From: Firmicutes bacterium UBA993
Lineage (GTDB): Bacteria > Bacillota > Dethiobacteria > DTU022
DNA: 41,891 nt
Direction of reading: 5' to 3'
Assembly (NCBI GenBank): GCA_002292015.1
Contig: DBBD01000051.1
Location: 1 to 41,891 of the forward strand
Part shown: positions 1 through 10,374 of the stretch, one piece after another
Position numbering within the stretch: the first letter of the stretch is position 1
Layout: every line of letters begins with the position of its first letter
Notes under the pieces: generated by a model
Told to the model about the DNA's origin: nothing
Database searches by the model: none
Seen by the model: only the letters and a program-made list of their open reading frames with translations
Translations under genes and position numbers: made by a program

Positions 1-181
1 GTTTCGCCGTTACCATCCCTTTAAACCTGGTTACGGCAAATACAAATCGGTTTAAGGTTATGGCATGACAGCTTGAAATACTGCTAACCTGGTTTAGTGG
101 TTATCTAGTGGCCCTGGCGCGACAGGAATTGAAACGGAAATTGAAGAAATATGTAACAGGCAAAAAATACAATAAATCGCG

Positions 182-1573
182 GTGGGGTGTAGCTTGATAT
201 CCAGCTATAAGAACGGCTATTTACATAAATCGATCTCGCTGCCAAAGTGGCTGATTGGCCTGGTTGATATCGCGCTGGTCAATTTAGGTCTTTATTTAAG
301 CTTTGTGCTTACTGAAAGCGAACTCCAGGGATACCAGGTCGGACCGCTTTTGCTGCTGTTACCAGCAGTAGCAGTTTTTACGGTTTTGCTTTTCAGCAAC
401 TTGGGTCTTTATGCCTCTCAGCGTAGTGATTTCATGGTGGTGCTGCGGGCTCTGCTCACAGGCGTGATCGGCCTGGCCCTCTTTAGCATTCTTTTTTCTT
501 TTATGACCAGGGCATTTTTCTTCCACCGGTCTGTTTTTGTGGTCGCTACTCTCATCCAGCTACTGCTGTTGTTTGGCTGGCGTATTCTCCATTGGAGTCT
601 TGAATATTGGATACAGGGTCAGAAGCGATTACTTTTAATCGGCAATGGCGAAGAGGCTGATCTGGTCTTAAAGAAACTGGAAAAAATCCCCCGTGGGTTA
701 TTTAAGGTTACAAAAGTGATTGAACCGGAAGATGTGGATTTTCTTTCGCAAAGCCTGGAAGAGGTAGATGCGGTGATGATTGCCGGCAATCTTGATCTTA
801 GCTTAAAAAGCAGGATTATTCGGCTGAGCTTTAACCAGGATCGCGAAGTATATATTATTCCTGAACTTTATGAGATTATCCTCACCCGTGCCTCGATGAT
901 CCAACTTCGTGATACGCCGGTTATTGAATGCCGCGACATGCGGCGCAGTTTCGCCCAGCTTTTCCTCAAACGCCTGGTGGATCTTTCGGTTACCCTGTTA
1001 ATGGCTATACCGGTTCTGGTGGTGTTGGTCCCGCTGGCAGTTATTATAAAAAGAACTTCACCGGGTCCGGCTATTTTTGCCCAGGAGCGGGTGGGGTTGT
1101 TTGGCCGCCCTTTTACGCTTTATAAGCTGCGCAGCATGATTGCTGAAGCCGAAGATGAAAGCGGCCCGGTTTTTGCCACTGAAGAAGATGACCGTGTAAC
1201 CCCGGTGGGCCGTTTTTTAAGAAAAACCAGGATCGATGAATTGCCCCAGCTGTATAATGTGCTGCGCGGTGAGTTGAGCATTGTCGGTCCCCGGCCGGAG
1301 CGTCCTTACTTTGTTAAGCAGTTCAGCGAGCAGATGCCCGATTACGAGTTGCGCCACCTGGTTAAGCCTGGCATAACGGGGTTGGCCCAGGTTGCCGGCT
1401 ATTATGCAACCAATACTCACGACAAGTTGCGCTATGATCTTTATTACGTAACCGATTACTCGCTTTTTCTCGATTTCAGGATTCTATTGCTAACTATTAC
1501 CACTTTTTTTAACAGCGAAGCGGCAAAAGGAGTAAGTGAAAAAGTGGGCGGGAGGTTAAGCCGAGATGGCTGA
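182..1573 (+). CDS. Polyprenyl-phosphate hexose-1-phosphate transferase (bacterial sugar transferase family, WbaP/CpsE-like)
   Basis: 463-aa ORF with N-terminal hydrophobic helices. The C-terminal domain carries typical sugar-transferase motifs (KRLVDL..., FAQERVG, LYKLRSM, DELPQLYNVLRGELSIVGPRPERP). GTG start. Confidence 0.85.
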   Translation: MGCSLISSYKNGYLHKSISLPKWLIGLVDIALVNLGLYLSFVLTESELQGYQVGPLLLLLPAVAVFTVLLFSNLGLYASQRSDFMVVLRALLTGVIGLALFSILFSFMTRAFFFHRSVFVVATLIQLLLLFGWRILHWSLEYWIQGQKRLLLIGNGEEADLVLKKLEKIPRGLFKVTKVIEPEDVDFLSQSLEEVDAVMIAGNLDLSLKSRIIRLSFNQDREVYIIPELYEIILTRASMIQLRDTPVIECRDMRRSFAQLFLKRLVDLSVTLLMAIPVLVVLVPLAVIIKRTSPGPAIFAQERVGLFGRPFTLYKLRSMIAEAEDESGPVFATEEDDRVTPVGRFLRKTRIDELPQLYNVLRGELSIVGPRPERPYFVKQFSEQMPDYELRHLVKPGITGLAQVAGYYATNTHDKLRYDLYYVTDYSLFLDFRILLLTITTFFNSEAAKGVSEKVGGRLSRDG

Positions 1574-2846
1574 GATCGTGGTTATCGGCGCCGGGGTTGC
1601 CGGGTTGGCAGCGGCCTACCACGCCGGGCAGGCCGGTTACGAGGTTAAAGTATTTGAGGCCAGGGAACGCTGGGGTGGGTTGCTCGATCATTTCACCGTT
1701 GAGGACTTTCGATTTGACCATGGGGTTCATTTTGCCTTCAGCAGTAATGACCAGTTCAGAGCGTTGCTCGGGCGAACCGATTACCTTACTCATAAACCGG
1801 AACCGTACAATTATGATCGGGGTCGTTGGTTGAAGCACCCGGTGCAGAATAATCTTTATCCGCTGCCGGTTGCCGATAAGATTGAAGCAATTAAATCTTT
1901 CCTGGAACGACCGCCACAAACCGATACGCACAATCATTATCGCCAGTGGCTTGTTCAGCAATTCGGAGAGGTTATTACTACCCGTTTTCCGGCCCGTTAT
2001 ACAGAAAAGTACTGGACTGTCAGTGCTGAAAAACTGAGCACAGAATGGGTAGGAGACAGGTTTTATTGCCCTTCTCTGGATGAAGTGCTCCTGGGGGCGA
2101 TGAGTGATCGAACACCGCAGACTTACTATCTGCGGGAGATGCTCTACCCGCGCTGCGGTGGGTTTAGGGCCTTTCTTGATCCGTTAATCCCCGGTCTTGA
2201 TCTGCAGCTTAACAGTAAAGTTGTAAGGATCGATACCGAAAAGCGTTATGTGGAGTTGGGCAACGGTAAGCGCGAATATTACAATTTACTGGTCAGCAGC
2301 GTGCCGCTGCCTGAACTGATTTCCATATTGAATTTTACCCCGGTTTCAGTCAGCGAGGCGGCAGCTTCGCTCTGGGCAACTTCGGCAGCCTTGGTTTCAC
2401 TTGGCTTTGCTCGTCCTGAAGCGGGCGAACATCTGTGGTTTTATATCTACGATCGCGATATCTGTGCATCCCGGGCGCATGCTCCCTACCGTAAAGCGCC
2501 GGAAAATGCGCCTTCCGGGCACAGCTCCCTGCAGTTTGAAATTTATTACTCGCGACACAAAGCCCTGCCGTCTTCACCGGAAGGCCTGGTTGAACAGGTC
2601 ATTGCTGCCGCCGAGGCGATGCAGCTTGCCCCCCGTAGCGCAGTGAAAGTGGCTGATTACCGCATTCTTCCCTATGCCAACGTTGTTTTCGATCTGGGGA
2701 TGACCGCGAAGCGGGATCATGCTTTAGAATTCGTCCGGAAATGCGGAATTATTCCGGTCGGCCGTTTTGGTCTTTGGGACTATCTGTGGAGTGATCAGAG
2801 TTATTTAAGCGGCAGCAGGATAACTGAACGGTTCCATATGTTATAA
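1566..2846 (+). CDS. FAD/NAD(P)-binding oxidoreductase (amine-oxidase / UDP-galactopyranose-mutase-like fold)
   Basis: N-terminal Rossmann motif VVIGAGVAGLAAAYHAGQAGYEVKVFEA. Overlaps the upstream transferase by 8 nt, which suggests translational coupling. Exact function cannot be told from sequence. Confidence 0.6.
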   Translation: MAEIVVIGAGVAGLAAAYHAGQAGYEVKVFEARERWGGLLDHFTVEDFRFDHGVHFAFSSNDQFRALLGRTDYLTHKPEPYNYDRGRWLKHPVQNNLYPLPVADKIEAIKSFLERPPQTDTHNHYRQWLVQQFGEVITTRFPARYTEKYWTVSAEKLSTEWVGDRFYCPSLDEVLLGAMSDRTPQTYYLREMLYPRCGGFRAFLDPLIPGLDLQLNSKVVRIDTEKRYVELGNGKREYYNLLVSSVPLPELISILNFTPVSVSEAAASLWATSAALVSLGFARPEAGEHLWFYIYDRDICASRAHAPYRKAPENAPSGHSSLQFEIYYSRHKALPSSPEGLVEQVIAAAEAMQLAPRSAVKVADYRILPYANVVFDLGMTAKRDHALEFVRKCGIIPVGRFGLWDYLWSDQSYLSGSRITERFHML

Positions 2847-2890
2847 TCGGCATAGAATAGGAACTTCCGACAAAAGAAGGCTAAAGGCAG

Positions 2891-4327
2891 ATGGGCGATC
2901 GGAAAGCAGCAGGGCATTCTAAAACAGCTGAAGCGACAACCACCAGGGCAGGCCAGGGGAGGCGGAAGCTGGGCAGCACAACCAAGGCTTTGCTGATTAT
3001 CGCGACAGCTTCTTTTTTAATGCTGGCTGTTATCAGCGCTTATGTATATGCGTTTATTAACCAGGTTCAGGAGCCGCAGCGCATCCTGCTTGAGGAAGTT
3101 GTCTTTGAAGAAGTATACGACGTCAGTGAAGAGTTTTCCGAGCATATTTTAAATATCGGGCTGCTCGGCTTTGACCGCGGCTGGAACCGGGAAAACCTGG
3201 GCCAATACCTCTTCCGTCCGGATATGTTGGCTGTTTTATCAATTAACTTCGATACCGACCAGATTGCTGTAGTTCGCATCCCCCGTGATACCTACGTGCC
3301 GATTCACGGAACCGGCGGTTTTCACGATAAAATCAACCACTCTTATTATTACGGATATATCAGGCAAAGTGATGATAAGCATCGCGCCGGCATTCAAAAT
3401 ACCCTTACGACGATCAGTACTGTTTTGGGGAACATTCCGATTCATTACTATATCTCAGTCGATATGTATTCGATCATTGCGCTGGTTGACGCTTTCGGGG
3501 GTATCTACTACGAGGTTGAAGAGACAATTTACGATCGGCACTGGAACATAGGAGCAGTACTGGTGCCGGAAGGCCCGCAGATCATGGACGGAAAAACGTA
3601 CTTGCGCTTTCTGCAGTACCGGGACAGTAAAACCGGCCAGGAGTACGGGCGGATCGACCGGCAGATGGATTTGCTTAAGCACACCTTTTTTTATCTAAAA
3701 GAAAAGGGTAGGATTACTGATATTCCGGCAATATACCGGATTTACAGGGATAACGTCGAAACGGATCTCTCGTACACCCAGATAGCGGCCCTTGCCTATT
3801 ATGCGCGCGATTTTAAAATTGATGATGATCACCTTAAATTCCATACAATCCGGGGCGAAGGGCAGATGCGAGACGGCATTTGGTACCAGGTGGCCTCTCA
3901 ACCAAACAGGGTAAATATTATTAAAGAAGTCTTTGGTATTGAAGTTGAGCCGTGGCCGCCGCTAGTCCTGGAAGACAGCCCGGAATACCTTGAAGAACAG
4001 CGGCTTAAAGAGCTGCAAGAAGCCGGTTTAAGCGTTGAAAACCCTTTTGATGAGATTTGGGCAGATACGGAAGGCGGCGAACCCGGCGCGGTTAACAGTG
4101 GCGTCACGACTGTTTTGGTTCCGGACCTGGCCGGGATGACTGTTGAAGAGGCGGAGGCCCGCCTGGTGTCAGCCGGCCTGCTGGTAGGAACAATTGAAGG
4201 TAGTTACTATGCTTTTCTGGAGAGCGGTCGGGTTATCTTTAGCTTCCCGTTGCACGGTCAGTCGGTTGAAACGGGTACGGCTATCAATCTTATCGTATCG
4301 TTTGGCGCGGAGCAGCCCGTTCAGTAG
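2891..4327 (+). CDS. LCP (LytR-CpsA-Psr) family glycopolymer ligase with C-terminal PASTA domain
   Basis: Cytoplasmic tail plus one TM helix. LCP core (NIGLLGFD..., AVVRIPRDTYV, YISVDMYSIIALVDAFGGIYYEV, RIDRQMDLL). C-terminal about 70 aa match the PASTA pattern (VLVPDLAGMTVEEAEARLVSAGLLVG...GTAINLIVSFG). Confidence 0.8.
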   Translation: MGDRKAAGHSKTAEATTTRAGQGRRKLGSTTKALLIIATASFLMLAVISAYVYAFINQVQEPQRILLEEVVFEEVYDVSEEFSEHILNIGLLGFDRGWNRENLGQYLFRPDMLAVLSINFDTDQIAVVRIPRDTYVPIHGTGGFHDKINHSYYYGYIRQSDDKHRAGIQNTLTTISTVLGNIPIHYYISVDMYSIIALVDAFGGIYYEVEETIYDRHWNIGAVLVPEGPQIMDGKTYLRFLQYRDSKTGQEYGRIDRQMDLLKHTFFYLKEKGRITDIPAIYRIYRDNVETDLSYTQIAALAYYARDFKIDDDHLKFHTIRGEGQMRDGIWYQVASQPNRVNIIKEVFGIEVEPWPPLVLEDSPEYLEEQRLKELQEAGLSVENPFDEIWADTEGGEPGAVNSGVTTVLVPDLAGMTVEEAEARLVSAGLLVGTIEGSYYAFLESGRVIFSFPLHGQSVETGTAINLIVSFGAEQPVQ

Positions 4328-4372
4328 TTTTTTAGGCGGGGGACTAACCGAAACAACGAAAGAAGATTACTG

Positions 4373-5338
4373 ATGGATAAATTACCGCAAAAAGCTAAGT
4401 TTTATATTGCGCTTGTTGTAACTGTGGCAATCGTGATCATATCCTTTTCTATAATTTTTTATGGTGTATACCGGGTTTATTTCGCTCCCGCTTCTCTCTT
4501 TAGCAAAGATTTTGACGCTGTCAGCTCCGTGGAGGAAGAGTTTGAGCAACGAGTCGTAAATGTGGCGGTTCTCGGGCTCCACAACCGCAATGAAGACAAC
4601 ACCTTTGGCGATATCTTTTTTGTTGATACCATCTTGGTGGCATCGGTTAATTTTGATCGCAACTCGCTTGCGCTGCTGTCAGTTCCCCGCGATTCTTACG
4701 TAACTTTAGCCGGCAGCGACATCAAAGATCGCATCAGGCAATCCTATAGCTACGGTTACCGGCAAAATGCAGCAGATCCCCATGCCGCCGGTCTGCAGGC
4801 CGCACTTGATACCTTGAGCAGCCTTCTTGACGGGGTCAAGATCCATCATTACATTGCCATGGATTTACAGGGTTTACGTGAGCTGATTGATTCGATGGGT
4901 GGGGTTTACTATACAGTTGCGGAAGATATGATTGGCTTTACTCCCAAAGAATCGCTGAAAGCCGGATTTCAGAAGCTTGACGGCCAAGGCTATGTAACCT
5001 ACCTGACATACAGGGAGGCAGATTACCGCGACGATTTAAACCGGATAGAGCGGCAAAAAGCACTGCTTCTGGCTACGTTTGAGTATTTTAATGAAATGGG
5101 TCTTTTTAGCTATCTGATTCCCACCTACAATGCTTACCGCGAGCATATCCGCACCGATTTAAGTTTTAACCAGGTGGCTGCATTGGCACTTTTTGCCGGT
5201 GAGCGCCTGGAAAGCGAGTCTATTAAGGATTATTCGCTCACCGGTGAGTATTTTAGTCCCGATCAAGGCAGCACATTTTACCTGGCCCTCGATGGAGAGG
5301 CTAACAGCCGGATAATTGGGCGCTGGGCCGGTCAATAA
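4373..5338 (+). CDS. LCP (LytR-CpsA-Psr) family protein, paralog without PASTA
   Basis: One TM helix, then LCP motifs (VAVLGLH..., LLSVPRDSYV, YIAMDLQGLRELIDSMGGVYY, RIERQKALL). Confidence 0.8.
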   Translation: MDKLPQKAKFYIALVVTVAIVIISFSIIFYGVYRVYFAPASLFSKDFDAVSSVEEEFEQRVVNVAVLGLHNRNEDNTFGDIFFVDTILVASVNFDRNSLALLSVPRDSYVTLAGSDIKDRIRQSYSYGYRQNAADPHAAGLQAALDTLSSLLDGVKIHHYIAMDLQGLRELIDSMGGVYYTVAEDMIGFTPKESLKAGFQKLDGQGYVTYLTYREADYRDDLNRIERQKALLLATFEYFNEMGLFSYLIPTYNAYREHIRTDLSFNQVAALALFAGERLESESIKDYSLTGEYFSPDQGSTFYLALDGEANSRIIGRWAGQ

Positions 5339-5356
5339 CCGGCAGGAGTGATTGTC

Positions 5357-6328
5357 TTGCACAAAGTTACCGATGATCTTAAAAGTAAAAAAATGTGCCT
5401 GGTTACCGGGGCAGCCGGTTTTATCGGTTCGCACCTGGTGCGGCACCTGCTGGGCGAGGGCCACCGGGTTACCGGTATCGACTCTTTTACCGACTACTAC
5501 GACCCGAAAATTAAGTGGAATAATATTGCCGATCTGCTGCAGCATTCTCAATTTGACCTGATTGAAGCCGACCTGGTTGAAGCCATTGACAGCTTGCCTG
5601 GAGCTGTGGAATGGGTTTTTCACCAGGCTGCCCAGGCCGGAGTGCGTGCCAGCTGGGGCAGTGAGTTCGAACAGTATACGCGGCAAAATATTCTGGCCAC
5701 CCAATGCCTGCTGGAGTGGGCACGCGTCGAGAAACCGCAGCGCTTTATCTTTGCCTCTTCATCATCAGTTTATGGCAACGTAGAGAAGCTGCCGATGCAC
5801 GAAGACGATTCTTTAAAGCCGCTTTCACCATACGGCGTTACAAAGCTGGCAGCCGAGAATCTCTGCACCCTCTACCATGAAAACTTCGCGGTGCCGACGG
5901 TATCTTTGCGTTATTTTACAGTTTACGGTCCCGGCCAGCGTCCTGACATGGCTTTTCATCGCTTTATCAGGGCTATCATGGAGGGGAAGGAGCCCACTCT
6001 CTACGGTAGCGGCGATCAGACCCGCGATTTTACCTATATCGACGACATCGTTTCTGCCAACCTGGCGGCGGCCGTTAACCCGCAGGCCGTCGGGCGGGTT
6101 TATAACATCGGCGGCGGCAGCCGTATTTCGCTTAACGGGGTAATCGCGCTACTGGCGGAGATTGCGGCGAAGCCGGTTCGGGTTAAGCGCGAAGAGTTGT
6201 CGGCCGGAGATCCGCTGCACACCTTTGCCGATACCCGGAGAGCGAAAAATGAGCTTGGTTATTACCCGCAAACCGGAATTGAAGTGGGGTTGCAGAAGAT
6301 GTACGCAAGCTTCGGGCGGGCCGGGTAG
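5357..6328 (+). CDS. NAD-dependent epimerase/dehydratase (extended SDR, nucleotide-sugar modifying)
   Basis: TGAAGFIGSHL glycine motif, SSSSVYG, and YxxxK region (PYGVTKLAAE). The ORF opens at GTG 5348, but the AGGAG RBS overlaps that codon. TTG 5357 has 8-nt spacing, and ATG 5393 is another option. Confidence 0.8.
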   Translation: MHKVTDDLKSKKMCLVTGAAGFIGSHLVRHLLGEGHRVTGIDSFTDYYDPKIKWNNIADLLQHSQFDLIEADLVEAIDSLPGAVEWVFHQAAQAGVRASWGSEFEQYTRQNILATQCLLEWARVEKPQRFIFASSSSVYGNVEKLPMHEDDSLKPLSPYGVTKLAAENLCTLYHENFAVPTVSLRYFTVYGPGQRPDMAFHRFIRAIMEGKEPTLYGSGDQTRDFTYIDDIVSANLAAAVNPQAVGRVYNIGGGSRISLNGVIALLAEIAAKPVRVKREELSAGDPLHTFADTRRAKNELGYYPQTGIEVGLQKMYASFGRAG

Positions 6329-6330
6329 CC

Positions 6331-7101
6331 TTATTGTCCGGCCGAGTGACGCATACGGGCCAGCAGGTAAACCATGGCGGCTCCGGTGAGGGCGGAAACC
6401 AAAAAAGTAAGACTAAAATGTGAGGGCAGGAGTGCCCGGGTGGAACCGGCAATCAAACCGGCCAGCAGAAAGGAGATTTCTAACTGGTAGCGGCGGTAAA
6501 GCGTCGACAGCACGCGGGCCATGCCAAAGATGCCTAAGAAAAAGCCGAACCCCAGGAATAGCAGTTTCAGCCACATCCAGTATCGGATCGCATTAATAGC
6601 ATCATCGTAAAGATTGACAGTAACCAACATCGCACTGCCCGATATTCCGGGCAGCAGCATGGTGGCGCCGGCCAGGACGCCTCCTAAGATTAAGTGCAAA
6701 AAGCCGCCGGGGGGAAGCGCACTTAAGGTTTGACTTTCGAAGATTACAAACCAGACCAGGCAAAAACCGCCGGCACCGCAGAGCAGGGGAAGCGGTTTTA
6801 GCAGGGCCGACCCGCGCTTTAAGTCTAAAGCTACCGGAATGGAAGCAACCAGCATCCCGAAAATAGAGGACTTGATCAATAAGGTATAATGATCAAGCAG
6901 GTAACCCACCAGGTAGACGGCAACAAGCGCTCCCGCCAGGGCTCCGGCCAAGTGATAAAGGTAAGGCCTGAAGTTAAGCGAGGACAGATCATCGAGAAAC
7001 TGGCGGTAAAAGCCGAAAATCAGGATCACCGTTCCGGCGCTGAGGCCGGGCATAACCAAGGTGACACCGATTAGTAAACCCTGCAAAATTTTGTTTAACA
7101 T
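6331..7101 (-). CDS. DUF368 family polytopic membrane protein (PopT-like candidate undecaprenyl-phosphate translocase)
   Basis: Internal ATG at 7101 is preceded by AAGGAG. The protein is very hydrophobic, with the duplicated DUF368-type motif (VMPGLSAGTVILIFG and LLPGISGSAMLVTVN). The 400-aa ORF in the track is an upstream extension that runs antisense into the neighbouring gene. Confidence 0.7.
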   Translation of the reverse strand: MLNKILQGLLIGVTLVMPGLSAGTVILIFGFYRQFLDDLSSLNFRPYLYHLAGALAGALVAVYLVGYLLDHYTLLIKSSIFGMLVASIPVALDLKRGSALLKPLPLLCGAGGFCLVWFVIFESQTLSALPPGGFLHLILGGVLAGATMLLPGISGSAMLVTVNLYDDAINAIRYWMWLKLLFLGFGFFLGIFGMARVLSTLYRRYQLEISFLLAGLIAGSTRALLPSHFSLTFLVSALTGAAMVYLLARMRHSAGQ

Positions 7102-7233
7102 AAAAGCTCCTTTACAGGCAGACAACGACATCGCTATATTCGCTAATGGTGAGAAAGTTCCTTCTCTATAATTCAATTTATCCGATGTAGTGAAAATGGC
7201 GACATCACACTGAAGCGGCGAGGTTCTCTTTAA

Positions 7234-7767
7234 GTGAAAGAGAAGGTTAAAATTGTTACCTATGATCCGGGGGTGACCAGGATCGGTGTAATTGCCGATA
7301 CCCACCTGCCGACCAGGGCGCGCTACATTCCGTCCCGGGTATTTGAAATCTTCGCGGGCGTGCAGCTGATACTCCATGCCGGCGATCTGGTTGATGATTC
7401 GGTAGTTGCTGAACTGAGCGCAGTTGCTCCGGTTGAAGCGGTCGCCGGTAATATGGATCCGCTGCTTTTGGGTCGCAAGCTGGGTCGGATTAAACTGATC
7501 AGGATCGGCTGTCTGGCAATCGGTTTGCTGCATGGTGATCTAAATGGACGGCTGGTTAATTTCAGCCTGGTTAAAGATCTATTTTTACCAAACCAACCGG
7601 CGGCCATCGTTTTTGGCCATTTGCATGAGCCGGTTGCTAAAAGAGTTGGCGAAATCCTGTTTTTTAATCCCGGGTCTGCAGTTGATCCGCGGCGGGTTAG
7701 GAGGCCCTCCTGCGGCCTGCTCACTATTTCAGGTCCGGAAGTGCATGGAGATATTATTTATATTTGA
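7234..7767 (+). CDS. YfcE/MJ0936-family metallophosphoesterase
   Basis: Motifs IADTH, HAGD, GNMD, HGD and GHLH in canonical order. Start is uncertain: GTG 7234 or GTG 7273. Confidence 0.75.
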   Translation: MKEKVKIVTYDPGVTRIGVIADTHLPTRARYIPSRVFEIFAGVQLILHAGDLVDDSVVAELSAVAPVEAVAGNMDPLLLGRKLGRIKLIRIGCLAIGLLHGDLNGRLVNFSLVKDLFLPNQPAAIVFGHLHEPVAKRVGEILFFNPGSAVDPRRVRRPSCGLLTISGPEVHGDIIYI

Positions 7768-7808
7768 TGATATAATTATGGAGAGAAAGAAGATGAGGAG
7801 TGATTAAG

Positions 7809-8000
7809 GTGTCTATGGAGCTCAGCAAGCAAAAAGCGCTTCGCGAGCGGATTCTATTCGAGGCAGAACAGCTCAAGTTGCCTTGCAGCAAGGCGTTTGT
7901 CATCGCATCCGAGGTGGATTGCCCGTTGAGTGTAGTTGGCAAAACCTGCAACGAAGTAGGGATTAAAATTGTCAGCTGCCAACTTGGCTGCTTTGAGTGA
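7809..8000 (+). CDS. Small Cys-containing hypothetical protein (about 60 aa)
   Basis: ORF follows a GAGGAG RBS (7795-7800). Candidate starts are GTG 7809 and ATG 7815. Five Cys, ending in the ...VSCQLGCFE motif. A terminator follows at 8071. No family recognised with certainty. Confidence 0.4.
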   Translation: MSMELSKQKALRERILFEAEQLKLPCSKAFVIASEVDCPLSVVGKTCNEVGIKIVSCQLGCFE

Positions 8001-8070
8001 AGAAAAGCCGAAAAACGGCGAAATAAAGAGATAATCGGCGTAAATAAATAATACAACCGTAATAGCGGCG

Positions 8071-8102
8071 AGCAGGCTTGAATACAGCCTGCTTTTCTGT
8101 TT
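8071..8102 (+). terminator. Rho-independent terminator
   Basis: Stem AGCAGGCT/AGCCTGCT with a 7-nt loop, followed by TTTCTGTTT. Confidence 0.7.
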
Positions 8103-8129
8103 GCCTGGCAGTCGGCGGTTCGGTATACT
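8101..8129 (+). promoter_or_regulatory. Sigma-A type promoter of groESL
   Basis: -35 TTGCCT (8101-8106), 17-nt spacer, -10 TATACT (8124-8129), immediately upstream of CIRCE. Confidence 0.6.
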
Positions 8130-8143
8130 TTGAAATGAACTTA

Positions 8144-8170
8144 TTAGCACTCGTTAACGATGAGTGCTGC
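8144..8170 (+). promoter_or_regulatory. CIRCE operator (HrcA binding site)
   Basis: TTAGCACTC-GTTAACGAT-GAGTGCTGC compared with consensus TTAGCACTC-N9-GAGTGCTAA. The left arm is perfect and the right arm matches 7 of 9. Located between the promoter and groES. Confidence 0.9.
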
Positions 8171-8204
8171 TAAGATCAAAACTTACATAAAGGAGGATGC
8201 TTAT

Positions 8205-10161
<1,957 letters not shown>

Positions 10162-10201
10162 GGTATGACATTACCCGGCTTTCTTTAAGCCGGTCAAGCT
10201 C

Positions 10202-10239
10202 AGACCCCTGTATATTTTTGTAGCAGGGGTCTTTTTTTT
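10202..10239 (+). terminator. Rho-independent terminator of groESL
   Basis: AGACCCCTG / CAGGGGTCT stem followed by T8. Confidence 0.85.
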
Positions 10240-10240
10240 G

Positions 10241-10347
10241 CAATAAATTGGTGCTGTCAATAATATTGATCCTTTCAATAAATTGATGCTCGACATTGTT
10301 CTGCCGGACTATTATAATCAGTTCAACTGTTTAAATATTAACAGTTG
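10241..10347 (+). promoter_or_regulatory. Control region of the acyl-CoA dehydrogenase gene: three CAAT..ATTG palindromes, a promoter, and an 8-bp inverted repeat
   Basis: CAATAAATTG (10241-10250), TCAATAATATTGA (10257-10269) and CAATAAATTG (10276-10285). -35 TCGACA (10290-10295), 17-nt spacer, -10 TATAAT (10313-10318). CAACTGTT-N8-AACAGTTG at 10324-10347. Confidence 0.5.
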
Positions 10348-10374
10348 CAAACAATGTTCTGGAGGTGGTCACTG

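Noticed and set aside
6331-7533. 400-aa minus-strand ORF that would overlap the yfcE-like gene by 300 nt.
   Set aside because: The N-terminal 144 codons are hydrophilic and low-complexity, have no RBS, and run antisense to a well-supported metallophosphoesterase gene. An internal ATG at 7101 with an AAGGAG RBS starts the hydrophobic DUF368 protein.
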